This document shows, piece after piece, positions 10,610 to 20,510 of a stretch of 64,000 bases of DNA. A model generated the notes under the pieces. It was not told where the DNA came from. It searched no databases and saw only the letters and a program-made list of their open reading frames with translations. This stretch comes from Thermodesulfobacteriota bacterium. GTDB taxonomy: Bacteria > Desulfobacterota_D > UBA1144 > Nemesobacterales > UBA2774. The stretch spans positions 1,632,001 to 1,696,000 of the forward strand of contig OZ244197.1 of NCBI GenBank assembly GCA_965216785.1, written 5' to 3'. How positions within the stretch are numbered: position 1 is the stretch's first letter; each line of letters begins with the position of its first letter. The position numbers were made by a program, and so were the translations under genes.

Positions 10610-10769
10610 CTTCTTTTGCATGATCAAAAGAAGCAAAAATCACCGGCTGTACGATAAATAACTAAAAATTGCTCATTCAGGCGAAACTTCACAATTCCGC
10701 CTGCATCCCGTGTGAAGTTATAGACGCCTTCATTTCGCAATTTTCTTAACGTTATTTTCGTAATGCCGG
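10610..10769. repeat. MITE/REP-like palindromic element (short hairpin plus a ~127-nt imperfect hairpin)
   Basis: CTTCTTTTG/CAAAAGAAG at 10610-10633; nested arms CCGGC/GCCGG, TACGA/TCGTA, AAATAAC/GTTATTT, AAATTGC/GCAATTT, AGGCG/CGCCT and AACTTCACA/TGTGAAGTT at 10643-10769. Confidence 0.65.
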
Positions 10770-10775
10770 AAACTA

Positions 10776-10805
10776 TTCACCCTTCGACAAGCTCAGGGTG
10801 AGCGG
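10776..10805. repeat. REP-like palindrome (CCCTTCGACAAGCTCAGGGTGAGCGG type)
   Basis: TCACCCT...AGGGTGA stem; resembles a widespread intergenic REP-like motif. Confidence 0.6.
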
Positions 10806-10830
10806 GAAATTTAATTGCCAAGATTTAGAA

Positions 10831-10865
10831 AGATTGCTTCAATCACTTTGTTTTTTCGCAATGAC
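10831..10865. repeat. degenerate REP-like element (GATTGCTTC...TCGCAATGAC type)
   Basis: AGATTGCTTC-N-TCGCAATGAC; same end pattern as the element at 51643-51670. Confidence 0.45.
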
Positions 10866-13247
10866 TTATTTGTTCTCTCGCATTAATACCGGAGAGGCGG
10901 CGAGTTTGTCTAATGATATTACTTTGCCTGTCTTTGTGTCTACCTGACCGAACTGCAGCACCCCTGTGGGGCATGACTGAACGCACGCGCTGCACCTTAC
11001 GCACTCGGGGTCGTTCATCGGGAGCCCTTTATTGGCAAAGTTCATTATGTCTATCCCCTGGTGGCACACAGAGGTGCAAACGTTACAAGATATGCACTTT
11101 TTCTTGTTAGGAATAATCCTGAAGCGGCTAAAGCGCGCGAATATGTGCATGAGCGCCGCGAGCGGGCACATGAACCTGCACCAGACTCTCCCGCTGTACC
11201 AGAAATAGAGCCCGTAACCGACTATGCCAGCAAGGAGGAGGTCCACAACCCATTTGTAGTTGACCTGGATTCCGAACGGCTTCCAGCCATAGAGCATGGA
11301 GGCGTATAGATTGTTAAGCCACTGTCCTACGCTTGTGTCGGGGACCGCCCAGCTGATGATACGCGCAAAGAGGATGATAAAAGCTATTACTAGGATAACC
11401 TGGCCCACCATGTTGACGCGGTTCCAGCCAGCGCCGTGGGGCATTTTGTGCCGCTGAGTGTCTCCCAAAGTTTCAGCCATTGCGCCGCAGGAGCAGATCC
11501 ATCCGCAGTAAGCGCCCTTGCCCCAGAAATAAATCATGCCCGGTATTATGACGAACGTCTGGACGAGGCTTATGATGAGCCATGTCCAAAGGGGCTCGTA
11601 GCTGAATACGTTCCAGATAAACAGGGGCCATGCGAGGATTATTCCAAAAGCGCGCCAGTACTCGCGTCCGTGTCCGTAGTTTGCCTCGGGGAATAGCTCG
11701 TTCCCTACAGTGTTCATAAACCCAGCCTCGAAAAGCCCGTTGTGCCCAAGAAATGGGAGCACAAAGTACGGCAGTAAAAATAGCGGAATCACCTGTATGA
11801 GAGCAAGTGAAAGTGTCTGAATCTTAATATAAGGAGTTTTTCTCCTTTTTACCCGCATTATGCCGAAAATTACTACAAGGAGCGAGTATGCGAGGGAATA
11901 GTAAAACCCCGGCTCTTCAAGCGTAATCGCCATGGTGCCAACCAGCGTCGACGGGTCGTTTACCATTTGAGTAAAGGACTCACCGAAGCTGTTGAATAAC
12001 GCTGGAAGATTGTACGGGAACCACTCGTTTGACTGAAACAGCTTTGTTAGTGAGCCCCCGGCCTTCCAGTTGTAGACGAACGTCATTAAAAGTAAAAAGA
12101 GAGCTAGACCGATCCAGCCCATGGCGCTGAACTCGCCTTTTATCCTTACTCCGCTGCGCCTGAAGAAATCGAGCGGCGCCTCGCGCCCGATCATGGTGAA
12201 CACCGCGTCATTTGGCAGAGTGAGATCGTTCCCGTCCCTGTCGGTGATCTTTACCTCGCTCTCGCCTATCTCTTTCACCTGGCTCTTCATCATGAGCGTT
12301 ATCTTGCCGTCTTGCTTGGCTTCGGGCATAAATTCCCCGGTGCTTGTGGTTACGCGCTCAGATGAGGGGGTCTCGATCGCGACATCGGCCTCTGGGTCAG
12401 CCATGAGCATATTCAAAAACTCTATGTTCTCCGGCTTTGGCCGTGAGAACTCTTCCTTTCTGTATGAGTGGGTGACCGAGCCTCCGGCCTTTGCTATGGC
12501 TATGGAAGTCTCAAGCGCGCTGTCTCCACCGCCGACAACAAGTACGTTCTTTCCTTCAAAATCCATCGGGTCGTGTAGGCGGTTAAACACCTTGCCCGAA
12601 TCCTCGCCGGGTACGCCAAGTTTCCTGAAATTACCCGAGCGCCCTATACCCACAATTACCCGCCTTGCCTTAAGGTTCTCTCCCTGGGGTATAACGATCT
12701 CAAAGTAATTGCCTTTCTTCTCGACCTTTTCCACCCTTGCCATTTCGGGCTCGATGCCTTTGCCGAGAGTCTGGGCTTTCATCTCTTCCACAAGGGGCTC
12801 TTTAACGTCTTTTGTAAACTGCAGGTCACCGAGAGGGACCATATCTGTCGGGTATGTATATATCGGCTTGCCTTTGGGGAAATTTACCACTGTGGAGAAG
12901 GGCTCCGTGGCTTCGAGTATCTTGAAATTAAGCTCGTCCTTTTGCGCCTCAAGCGCTGCGGCCATGCCCGAGACGCCTGCACCGATAATGACGAGGTCAA
13001 GCATGTCGGGATCTTTATTCGCGCCTCGCTCGGAGAGGAAGCTCCTGTCCATGCGGATTGATTCCACTGCCCTGGCGCCTGAGTCTGATGAGAATTTTAG
13101 AAGCGGTATGCCGGTAAGATCGCCTACGATATATAAGCCCGGGACGTTCGTGGAATAGTCGCTGTTTACATCCGGTAGCTTTTCCACAATCCCCGCGGGC
13201 CACTGCGTATGGAGCCATTTCGTGTATCTCGATATCAACCCGAACAA
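10866..13247 (-). CDS. FAD/NAD(P)-dependent thioredoxin-reductase-like domain fused to a NapH/CcoG-like membrane 4Fe-4S domain
   Basis: GAGVSG and GGGDSA dinucleotide motifs; TM helices; CGWICSCG and CRFMCP; two CxxCxxCxxxC motifs; TTG start with GAGGAGG RBS. Confidence 0.82.
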   Translation of the reverse strand: MFGLISRYTKWLHTQWPAGIVEKLPDVNSDYSTNVPGLYIVGDLTGIPLLKFSSDSGARAVESIRMDRSFLSERGANKDPDMLDLVIIGAGVSGMAAALEAQKDELNFKILEATEPFSTVVNFPKGKPIYTYPTDMVPLGDLQFTKDVKEPLVEEMKAQTLGKGIEPEMARVEKVEKKGNYFEIVIPQGENLKARRVIVGIGRSGNFRKLGVPGEDSGKVFNRLHDPMDFEGKNVLVVGGGDSALETSIAIAKAGGSVTHSYRKEEFSRPKPENIEFLNMLMADPEADVAIETPSSERVTTSTGEFMPEAKQDGKITLMMKSQVKEIGESEVKITDRDGNDLTLPNDAVFTMIGREAPLDFFRRSGVRIKGEFSAMGWIGLALFLLLMTFVYNWKAGGSLTKLFQSNEWFPYNLPALFNSFGESFTQMVNDPSTLVGTMAITLEEPGFYYSLAYSLLVVIFGIMRVKRRKTPYIKIQTLSLALIQVIPLFLLPYFVLPFLGHNGLFEAGFMNTVGNELFPEANYGHGREYWRAFGIILAWPLFIWNVFSYEPLWTWLIISLVQTFVIIPGMIYFWGKGAYCGWICSCGAMAETLGDTQRHKMPHGAGWNRVNMVGQVILVIAFIILFARIISWAVPDTSVGQWLNNLYASMLYGWKPFGIQVNYKWVVDLLLAGIVGYGLYFWYSGRVWCRFMCPLAALMHIFARFSRFRIIPNKKKCISCNVCTSVCHQGIDIMNFANKGLPMNDPECVRCSACVQSCPTGVLQFGQVDTKTGKVISLDKLAASPVLMRENK

Positions 13248-13364
13248 GGTGATGCCTCCTCTTGTTTTAGTTTTCCTTCCGCCGCTGTCTAAAGCCGCCG
13301 TTTAGACTATCAATAATAAGTGACACAAAAACAAAAAAGTTACAAGGCCTTTTCGTTAATGCAA

Positions 13365-14129
13365 TCACAGCTTGTCGTTTAACGACCAGTCGTAATTTGT
13401 GTATTCGATCTTAAAGTCAGGGCCGGCTTTTTCGTCCATGTAAGGATTTACAAACGAGATTACAGACCCCGATTCTTTTACAAAGTCTTTCGAGAACCAA
13501 TCGAAAATCGGTGATAGACGGAGCGTCTTGGTTTCCGTATCTATAGAGTTTTTCTGAGTATCTGTCAGGAACGCTTGCGTCTGAGATTCCAGCTGGCCCT
13601 CTAATGCCGGGCCGAGATATGGTTTATTTATTAATGCGGGGCAGCCTTTGGCGGCGCACACAAGTGCAAAATGGACTCTTGGCTCCGGGTAGTTTTTTCT
13701 TATTATTTCGTGCTCCAGGGCATTTAGGGTTAATTCCTCTCCGAAGATTTGTACGACCGGCTGCTCCCATGGGCCACCCGCATCTTTGGCTATATCTTTT
13801 ATGCTTGCCAGCGGATAATTTTCCTGAACCAGATCAAGCGTCTCGGCGTTGTAGACATTTATGAGAAACGCGAGCTGCTGCTCCCCTGTCCAGCTGTCAA
13901 ATACCTCTTTGGTAATAGCCGAGGTTTGGTTTAGATAATTCTTAAGCTCGAACGGGTTTGATTTTATCCCTTTGTAGTCGACCGTCCCATCGCTGACATA
14001 TTGACTTAATATTTTCTCGTAAGCGCTGTGTGATTGATCGAAAAGCGAAGGGGAGGTTTGGGCTGAGGCGTAAAGTGGTATATGAAAAAGCAAAATGGCG
14101 AAGACTAATACGAATAAATAATTGTTCAT
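13365..14129 (-). CDS. DUF547 domain exported protein
   Basis: Signal peptide; VDY, LAFLINVYNA, EPRVHFALVCAAKGCP, LSPIFDWF and YDWSLN motifs. Confidence 0.9.
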   Translation of the reverse strand: MNNYLFVLVFAILLFHIPLYASAQTSPSLFDQSHSAYEKILSQYVSDGTVDYKGIKSNPFELKNYLNQTSAITKEVFDSWTGEQQLAFLINVYNAETLDLVQENYPLASIKDIAKDAGGPWEQPVVQIFGEELTLNALEHEIIRKNYPEPRVHFALVCAAKGCPALINKPYLGPALEGQLESQTQAFLTDTQKNSIDTETKTLRLSPIFDWFSKDFVKESGSVISFVNPYMDEKAGPDFKIEYTNYDWSLNDKL

Positions 14130-14229
14130 GAAGAGCGGGCTCCCTTTACTCTATATTGCTAAGCAGTTCTTATAAGCAATATACGCTCGGATACGCAGGA
14201 CGGTTTTATTTAAATTGCGCAAGCGGGAT

Positions 14230-15579
14230 TTATTCTTCTCTTCTTATCTTCCACCAGTCTCCGGCTTTTATAAGGAGCGCTCTTGCGTACTCGACGTGTG
14301 ACCACATGAGCGGCGTCGCGAACTGAATATAGCCCCCTTCCGCGCTTTTATCGTCTCTGAAGATACATCTGCTGCCGGTTTCCTCATAGGACTTGTGCAT
14401 GTTGTTGGCTTCTTCTAATATCGTGTCAAAATCGACGTTATCGAGCAAAATGGGCTTATAGAACTCTTTTTCAAAATCGATTCCCGTTTTCCATTCCCTC
14501 TCCATGAATTCTTCAAATCTTCTGCACGTGGACAGGTGCTCGGGTATACCGCCGGTCTCGCTCCTATAGCTGTCGATCATTTTCATAATCTCATCCCCTC
14601 TGCCTGTATTGCCGTTCCAGTAATGGAATTGCGCGAGGATCGCAGTGTACTGAAGCCAGGGGCCGTTTCCGGCGTGGACATGGGTGGAGAAATCCTTATA
14701 AAACGGAAGGTAGCGCATTATCATCCCGAGCTCGGGGTCCCAGAGCTGTTTCTCCAGATACAGCACGCTGTTCTCCATCTGCTGCTTATAGTGCAGGAAC
14801 CCAAAGTAAAAGGGGCTGAGCAGAGTGAAGTCGGGCCTCATGTCCCTGGTTCCGTCAGGGTCAGTCCTCCTCATGTAGCGGTTATCGCCTATAAAGAGCT
14901 CGCTTACTGAATATAGGAACTGGTGGCGGAAGTTCAGGAATTCGGGCCTTATAATATTTTTCTTGTCTTTTTTATTGGACACCTCGCTCGCGAGTGAATA
15001 GGCGTATAGGAAAGAAAAGTTTACCCAGCAGGTATAGCCTTCCTCCATAGCCGACTCGTGAATAGACGTGGTGGAGTAAAAGAGATTAAGCTCTTTTTCA
15101 TATAGAGTCGTATAGCTGTAATCAAGCGCTTTGTCTATACAGACGAAAAAGTCCTCCATATCCTCTACTTCCCGTTTTAAGTACCTGGCGGTGAGCAGGT
15201 AGTTGCATATTATTGCGATCCCGTGCGCTACGTTGTCTTCCTGCTTGTATAAGCTCTTATCTTCACCTTCCAAGCTGTAGCGCTGTCCCCAGTGACCGTC
15301 CTCAGATATAGCGTCTTTCATGAAATGGGCCATGGACTTCATGATCTCAAAAGCTTGCTCCCGCGCGTCATAATCGTGGGATGAGCCCGCTATTCTCCTG
15401 AATAGCTGCACAGCGCAGTTTGTGTCTCTGGGGTAAACATAGGGGTAACGGGACGTCGGGGGCGAGGCCAGTAGCAGTCTGCCGTATTTTTTGTGCTCGA
15501 TCGTGCAGTCTAATATTATTTTCATGTGCTCGTTCAGCTGGTCGTTGAGCTTTGTCATTGCCTTGGTCTTTCTTGCCAT
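14230..15579 (-). CDS. glycoside hydrolase family 15-like (alpha/alpha)6 protein
   Basis: YPYVYPRD, WGQRY..QED, GNGPW, IPEH and ATPLMWSH motifs; ATG15579 has a GGAGG RBS. Confidence 0.7.
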   Translation of the reverse strand: MARKTKAMTKLNDQLNEHMKIILDCTIEHKKYGRLLLASPPTSRYPYVYPRDTNCAVQLFRRIAGSSHDYDAREQAFEIMKSMAHFMKDAISEDGHWGQRYSLEGEDKSLYKQEDNVAHGIAIICNYLLTARYLKREVEDMEDFFVCIDKALDYSYTTLYEKELNLFYSTTSIHESAMEEGYTCWVNFSFLYAYSLASEVSNKKDKKNIIRPEFLNFRHQFLYSVSELFIGDNRYMRRTDPDGTRDMRPDFTLLSPFYFGFLHYKQQMENSVLYLEKQLWDPELGMIMRYLPFYKDFSTHVHAGNGPWLQYTAILAQFHYWNGNTGRGDEIMKMIDSYRSETGGIPEHLSTCRRFEEFMEREWKTGIDFEKEFYKPILLDNVDFDTILEEANNMHKSYEETGSRCIFRDDKSAEGGYIQFATPLMWSHVEYARALLIKAGDWWKIRREE

Positions 15580-15670
15580 ATTGAAGGGACCTCCGGGGTT
15601 ATTGGATGTTAAATGCTGTTTAGAACCCACTTAACGGGCTAAAGTTATAGTACTATATTGTAATCTTTTT

Positions 15671-16459
15671 TTATAGAGAACCTACCAAATAAGTCGCGCC
15701 CGTCGGCTCCGGCATTCCGCCTTCAGGCTCGAGTGTAACTGCAAATTCGATCCTGCCTTTTTCTTCGGGCATGCAATTAATCTCCATCATGTGCTCTCCG
15801 TTTTGGTTAACTGTGAATGTTCCCATACTATGAGGTTCTCCGTCTTCCACTACCCAGAACTGATAGGTTTGGCCCGGAACAAGTTCGGGTACATTTGACA
15901 CCATTAAAATTGCGTTGCTCGTGCCGGTATCCCAGAATATCCTGCCCGTGGATTCCAGTTCCGACATCGTTCCAGCAAGGTTGATTACGCTTACCGCCGG
16001 GTTTTTTACGTAATCCATTATTTGCTCTTCTTTCTCAAGGGAGGAAATGAGAGATTCCATATTCTTCTCCTGAGTAGACAGTCTCTGCTGAAGAGTCAGG
16101 GTAGAGATGAATAGGAAAATTATCGCGGCCACCGCGACAGCGCTTCCGATATTGAGCCAAACGGGGCTGAGTCCCTTCCAGAAATCGTGTAAGAACGATT
16201 TGCCTTCTGTGCCGTGTCTCTCTTCAATATCATCCAGCTTGTCCAGGATACGGTCTTCAAGCTCGGGCGAGAGGGGGCTGTCCTTTAGAACGTAGGGGAG
16301 GTTAGTAAATACAGTTTCACTGTCCTCTAAAAGGGCGGTACAAATCTCACACCCTGTTGCCAGGTGCTCTTCAATCTTTCTGAGCTCGTATCCTGTGAGA
16401 AGACCGAGAGCAAAAAGCGCTATCTGATCCTCATATTCTGTCTTATGGTTCTGGTCCAT
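15671..16459 (-). CDS. RskA-type anti-sigma factor (zinc-finger N-terminus, TM, periplasmic domain)
   Basis: HLATGCEIC; TM; TYQFW and FAVTLEPEGGMPEPTG motifs; abuts the sigma gene. Confidence 0.9.
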   Translation of the reverse strand: MDQNHKTEYEDQIALFALGLLTGYELRKIEEHLATGCEICTALLEDSETVFTNLPYVLKDSPLSPELEDRILDKLDDIEERHGTEGKSFLHDFWKGLSPVWLNIGSAVAVAAIIFLFISTLTLQQRLSTQEKNMESLISSLEKEEQIMDYVKNPAVSVINLAGTMSELESTGRIFWDTGTSNAILMVSNVPELVPGQTYQFWVVEDGEPHSMGTFTVNQNGEHMMEINCMPEEKGRIEFAVTLEPEGGMPEPTGATYLVGSL

Positions 16460-17044
16460 CTATTTAAGCTCCTTTACATAAGGCGCCATTTTTTCCTTGA
16501 GCTTAATAACTCCGAGCCTAAGGCGCGTTTTAATAGTGCCTACAGGCTCTTGAAGCCGCTCTGCCGCTTCCACATGTGTGAAACCTTCAAAATACACAAG
16601 CTCTATTACCGCCCTTTGGTTCTCGGGCAGTGCACTCAGAGCCTGAAATATAACGTTATTTTTCTCCTCTCTATCCTCTAATATACGAGAGAAATCGGTG
16701 TTTGAGTTCAATTTTTCTTCGTCAAGCTCTGTATTTTTGTCACGGTAGCCCAGGGTTCTGAGCTTGTCTATGGATCTTGAGCGCGCGATATTGATAATCC
16801 AGGTGGACACTGCGCCGCGCCCGCGCTCGTAGGTCCCTGCTTTATTCCAGACCTGAAGAAAAATTTCCTGCACTACTTCTTCTGCGTCTTCACGGTCTCT
16901 GAGCATCCTGAATGCCAGGTTATATACGGCCTGAGAAAAACGGGAGTAAATTTCTCTTAACGCCTCTTTATCTCCCTCTTTTATAAGGTCAATTAACTCT
17001 TGGTCAGTTCCGGCTCGAAGTTTTTCTTGCATTTCTTCCTGCAT
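16460..17044 (-). CDS. ECF RNA polymerase sigma factor (SigK-like)
   Basis: DAEEVVQEIF, WIINIARSRSID and PVGTIKTRLRLG motifs; start probably ATG17044 or 17032 rather than 17134. Confidence 0.92.
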   Translation of the reverse strand: MQEEMQEKLRAGTDQELIDLIKEGDKEALREIYSRFSQAVYNLAFRMLRDREDAEEVVQEIFLQVWNKAGTYERGRGAVSTWIINIARSRSIDKLRTLGYRDKNTELDEEKLNSNTDFSRILEDREEKNNVIFQALSALPENQRAVIELVYFEGFTHVEAAERLQEPVGTIKTRLRLGVIKLKEKMAPYVKELK

Positions 17045-17132
17045 ACTAACTTGCAGATCAATAGCGTTTGGAATATTTGAATCCTGGCCATTTACAAGTA
17101 CCGCATTTATTTGGGCCGTGTCTATTTGAACC

Positions 17133-17160
17133 ATTGTAGTTAAACCAATATGTTTGTCAA
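17133..17160 (-). promoter_or_regulatory. sigma70-like promoter for the sigma/anti-sigma pair
   Basis: Minus strand TTGACA-N16-TACAAT; the -10 overlaps the longest-ORF ATG, implying a downstream start. Confidence 0.45.
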
Positions 17161-17320
17161 TTGCTACTTTTTATTGCCTATTAGTACACAAACGCTAAGT
17201 GGCCGGAAGCATATGTCTGCTAGGTTGAAGTATCAAGATTGCTCGGGACAGGAGTGTATATAGCGGCGGCTCCTGTGATTATAAGCCCGTGACTGTTAAG
17301 AAAACGTTTGAAACAGCAAA

Positions 17321-18040
17321 CTAGATATTCTCCGGGAAATAGCGGACGAGCTTCTTTCTTAATACTAGTCTTGACCTCAGGAGTCTCGATTTGACAGCGG
17401 ATATAGATATCCCCATTATTTCACCTACCTCGGCGTTAGAATACCCCTCAATATCTTTTAATCTTATAATCTCCCTGTTATGCTCCGAGAGCTCGTTTAC
17501 AGCATTTTGAATTAGCTCGGCTCTTTCTCTATAAAGTGATATAGTGGCCGGGCTCTTGGTCCATTTGCCGAATGAAGCCTGTGAGGCAGGGGCGAGCTCA
17601 TACAAATAATCACTGGTTACTTCATGCTGGGTGGTCTTGTTTTTCTTGTTGAGCACCATGTAGCAAGTGTTTAAGGTTACTTTATAGAGCCAGGTCGAGA
17701 ATTTGGAATTGCCTTTAAACGTGCTTAGTTTGTTCACCAATGTGAATGAGATTTCCTGAACTATATCTTCAGCGTCTGAGTGGTTTCTGGTCATTTTCAT
17801 CGCAAAGCCGAATATCGTATCTCTGTATCTCCGTATGATACTGGTCAAAGCGGTCTCGTCCCTCTTATGATTATAGAGCTCTACCAGCACCTCGTCGGAG
17901 ACGGTTTCGTAGTTTAGGGGAATCAAGTCTCCCCTCTTTTGTGAAGGTTCTGCCTGTGTTCTGCCCGGAGTTTCAGATGCATTCGAGCTTGGTTGGTATA
18001 AATCTCCGGTATGTATAACAGTTACGCCTGAATGTCGCAT
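17321..18040 (-). CDS. ECF RNA polymerase sigma factor
   Basis: DAEDIVQE, FKGNSKFSTWLY and AVKSRLLRSR motifs; AAGGAG RBS. Confidence 0.92.
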   Translation of the reverse strand: MRHSGVTVIHTGDLYQPSSNASETPGRTQAEPSQKRGDLIPLNYETVSDEVLVELYNHKRDETALTSIIRRYRDTIFGFAMKMTRNHSDAEDIVQEISFTLVNKLSTFKGNSKFSTWLYKVTLNTCYMVLNKKNKTTQHEVTSDYLYELAPASQASFGKWTKSPATISLYRERAELIQNAVNELSEHNREIIRLKDIEGYSNAEVGEIMGISISAVKSRLLRSRLVLRKKLVRYFPENI

Positions 18041-18163
18041 AGTATAATCTCCTTATTCACTTAGCTTGTATTCAGGCTGCGCGGCGCCATGCAGCTTATT
18101 GTCGTTACTTACACATACGGGTGATTGGGGAAGTCGGTTTCATGAAAAATAAAAGAGGGTTAT

Positions 18164-18793
18164 CTAAGCGAGTCCCGGAAGGAGGAGCTTGAGCCCGCTC
18201 GTTATCATACCAAAGGCGATCGAGGCGAGAACGATCCCCATTATTCTCGTGACGATATTTATACCCGATACCCCGAGCACACGGCTTACGGGTCCTGAGA
18301 AGTAAAAAGCGATCCAGAGCAGTAGGGCTATCACGACGCAAATGCCTGAGATCACCAGCTTGTCGTCGATCGAGTGGTAATGGTGGGTGTTTACGACTAT
18401 GGTGGTTATTGCTCCCGGTCCGGCTACGATCGGGATTGCTATGGGTACTACGGCCACGGAAGTCTTGTTCATCGCGTCATTCTGGTCGTCTTGTGAGTGG
18501 TGTATGGGGCTAGGCTTTGCATGGAGCATCGAGATGCCCATGAGCGCAATGATAACCCCGCCTGCGGTCTCAAAAGAGCCTATGTCTATGCCGAACGCAC
18601 GGAGAAGTAGGTCTCCCGTCCATGTCACGATGATAAGGATAATAATGATCGCAAGCCCGGCAGTAAAAGCGGTCTTCTTTTTTTCCTGGGGAGTTTTATC
18701 CCCGGTAAGGCTCGCAAAAATAGCAAGGTTGCCGATCGGGTTAGTGATCGCAAGCATGGCTATGGTGAACGTTATGAGCTGTGCCGTACTCAT
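18164..18793 (-). CDS. MarC family membrane protein
   Basis: ITNPIGN, VVPIAIPIVAGPGAI and TRIMGIVLA motifs; 6 TM helices. Confidence 0.93.
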   Translation of the reverse strand: MSTAQLITFTIAMLAITNPIGNLAIFASLTGDKTPQEKKKTAFTAGLAIIIILIIVTWTGDLLLRAFGIDIGSFETAGGVIIALMGISMLHAKPSPIHHSQDDQNDAMNKTSVAVVPIAIPIVAGPGAITTIVVNTHHYHSIDDKLVISGICVVIALLLWIAFYFSGPVSRVLGVSGINIVTRIMGIVLASIAFGMITSGLKLLLPGLA

Positions 18794-18932
18794 TTCAGAA
18801 ACTCATTATTACCGCTTTAGATATAAAGTCAATCCGGGTGGGATAAAGCCAGATGCCCGATAAAATAATTTTCTTGCCTATGGGTATTTCAAGGATATAT
18901 TATCTAAATACCTAAAACCACAGGAGGCGCGC

Positions 18933-20510
18933 ATGACACGCTCATTTGGACTATTACTTATCATTCCCCTATTATTATCATTTTTAATAATTGGCTGTGA
19001 AAAAATAGATAAAGACTCTGTCAAGGACAAAACTTCTACACAAAGCTCTAAAGTAGAGCATAAACAAGACTCCGATACCGCTACCAGCACAAAGGATGAT
19101 TCGCAGACTAAGAAAGAAACGCCGAGCGTGAAAACTACCCCTGCGACCGGCAAAACTGAATTTCCTTCCTTTGCGGACCTTGTTGCCAGTCTTAAGCCCT
19201 CGGTCGTAAACATTAGCACTACAAACGTATTTAAGCAAAGAGGGTTCGGACAGAATATGCCCCGCTCTCCATTTGGGCAAAACGATCCGATGGAGGAGTT
19301 CTTTAAGAGGTTCTTCGGCGGCAATCAGCCGCAGCGCGAGTTCAAGCGCCAGGGGCTTGGCTCTGGTTTTATCATCAGTAAAGACGGCTACGTAGTCACA
19401 AACAATCACGTTATAGAAAAAGCGACGGACATAGACGTAGTGCTTGAGAACGGAGATAAGTTCAAAGCTGAGGTTATCGGTAAAGACCCGAAAACAGATC
19501 TTGCCGTGCTTAAATTTGAACCCGAGCAGGAGCTTCAGGCTGTGGAATTAGGGAATTCAGATAACCTGCGGATCGGAGATTGGGTAATAGCTATGGGGAA
19601 CCCCTTCGGACTCGGTTACACAGTGACGGCCGGAATTGTAAGCGCCAAGGGACGCTCACTTGGTTTTGGTGTTTATGACGATTTTATTCAAACAGACGCC
19701 CCGCTTAACCCGGGGAACAGCGGAGGGCCTTTATTTAACATGAAGGGCCAGGTTGTGGGAGTGAATACGGCTATCGTCGCAAGGGGACAGGGAATCGGGT
19801 TCTCAATCCCCATAAACATGGCCGAGTTTGTTATAAAACAGCTTAAGGAAGGCGGCAAGGTCGTAAGGGGGTGGCTCGGGGTGTATGTGCAGAAGGTAAC
19901 CCCAGAGATAGCCTCGAGCTTTGATTTGGAAGAGGATGAAGGCGCCCTTGTAAGCGATGTCGAGCCGGGTAGCCCGGCAGACAAAGCGGGGATAAAGCGC
20001 GGGGACGTAATAATAGAGTTTGACGGTAAAAAAGTTGAGGACATAACTGATCTTACAACCTCGACCGCGGTAAGCCCTCCGGGCTCTGAGGCCAAACTCA
20101 CGATTATTGAAGACGGAAAAACTAAAGAAGTGACTGTCAAACTGGGTGAAGTGCCTTCTGATGATGCGGCAAGTGAAGAGGCTGACCAGGAGCAGGAGAA
20201 CCTGGGGCTCAGCGTGAGGAACCTTAATCAAAAACTGGCAAAACGTTTTAAAATAGAGGACGGTAACGGTGTTGTGGTAACCAGGGTTCAAGACGGCGGC
20301 ATAGCCTCAGAAGCCGGTATTAGACCCGGAGACGTGATTATCGAGATTGATAAAAAACAGACTACAAATATAGAGGAGTATAATGCGGCTATAGAGGGTA
20401 TGAAAAGCGGCGGTACCGCTTTGTTCCTGGTGAAAAGGGGTGATAATACTATCTATGTAGCCGTTAGGATCCCTGAGGATGGTAAGAAGGGAGGAGACGG
20501 AAAAGGCTAG
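18933..20510 (+). CDS. degQ: DegP/DegQ (Do) serine endoprotease with two PDZ domains, probable lipoprotein
   Basis: GSGFII, TNNHV, TDLAV and NPGNSGGPL catalytic triad motifs; two PDZ domains; IIGC lipobox-like signal. Confidence 0.93.
   Translation: MTRSFGLLLIIPLLLSFLIIGCEKIDKDSVKDKTSTQSSKVEHKQDSDTATSTKDDSQTKKETPSVKTTPATGKTEFPSFADLVASLKPSVVNISTTNVFKQRGFGQNMPRSPFGQNDPMEEFFKRFFGGNQPQREFKRQGLGSGFIISKDGYVVTNNHVIEKATDIDVVLENGDKFKAEVIGKDPKTDLAVLKFEPEQELQAVELGNSDNLRIGDWVIAMGNPFGLGYTVTAGIVSAKGRSLGFGVYDDFIQTDAPLNPGNSGGPLFNMKGQVVGVNTAIVARGQGIGFSIPINMAEFVIKQLKEGGKVVRGWLGVYVQKVTPEIASSFDLEEDEGALVSDVEPGSPADKAGIKRGDVIIEFDGKKVEDITDLTTSTAVSPPGSEAKLTIIEDGKTKEVTVKLGEVPSDDAASEEADQEQENLGLSVRNLNQKLAKRFKIEDGNGVVVTRVQDGGIASEAGIRPGDVIIEIDKKQTTNIEEYNAAIEGMKSGGTALFLVKRGDNTIYVAVRIPEDGKKGGDGKG

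Noticed and set aside
13318-13348. ECF-like promoter TGTAAC...GTCA upstream of the flavoprotein gene
   Set aside because: The 14-bp spacer is shorter than expected for ECF promoters and no second copy was found
17281-17294. GCCCGTGA motif seen in three intergenic regions (about 4415, 17285 and 53115)
   Set aside because: Only 8 bp, with inconsistent position and orientation relative to genes; compatible with chance
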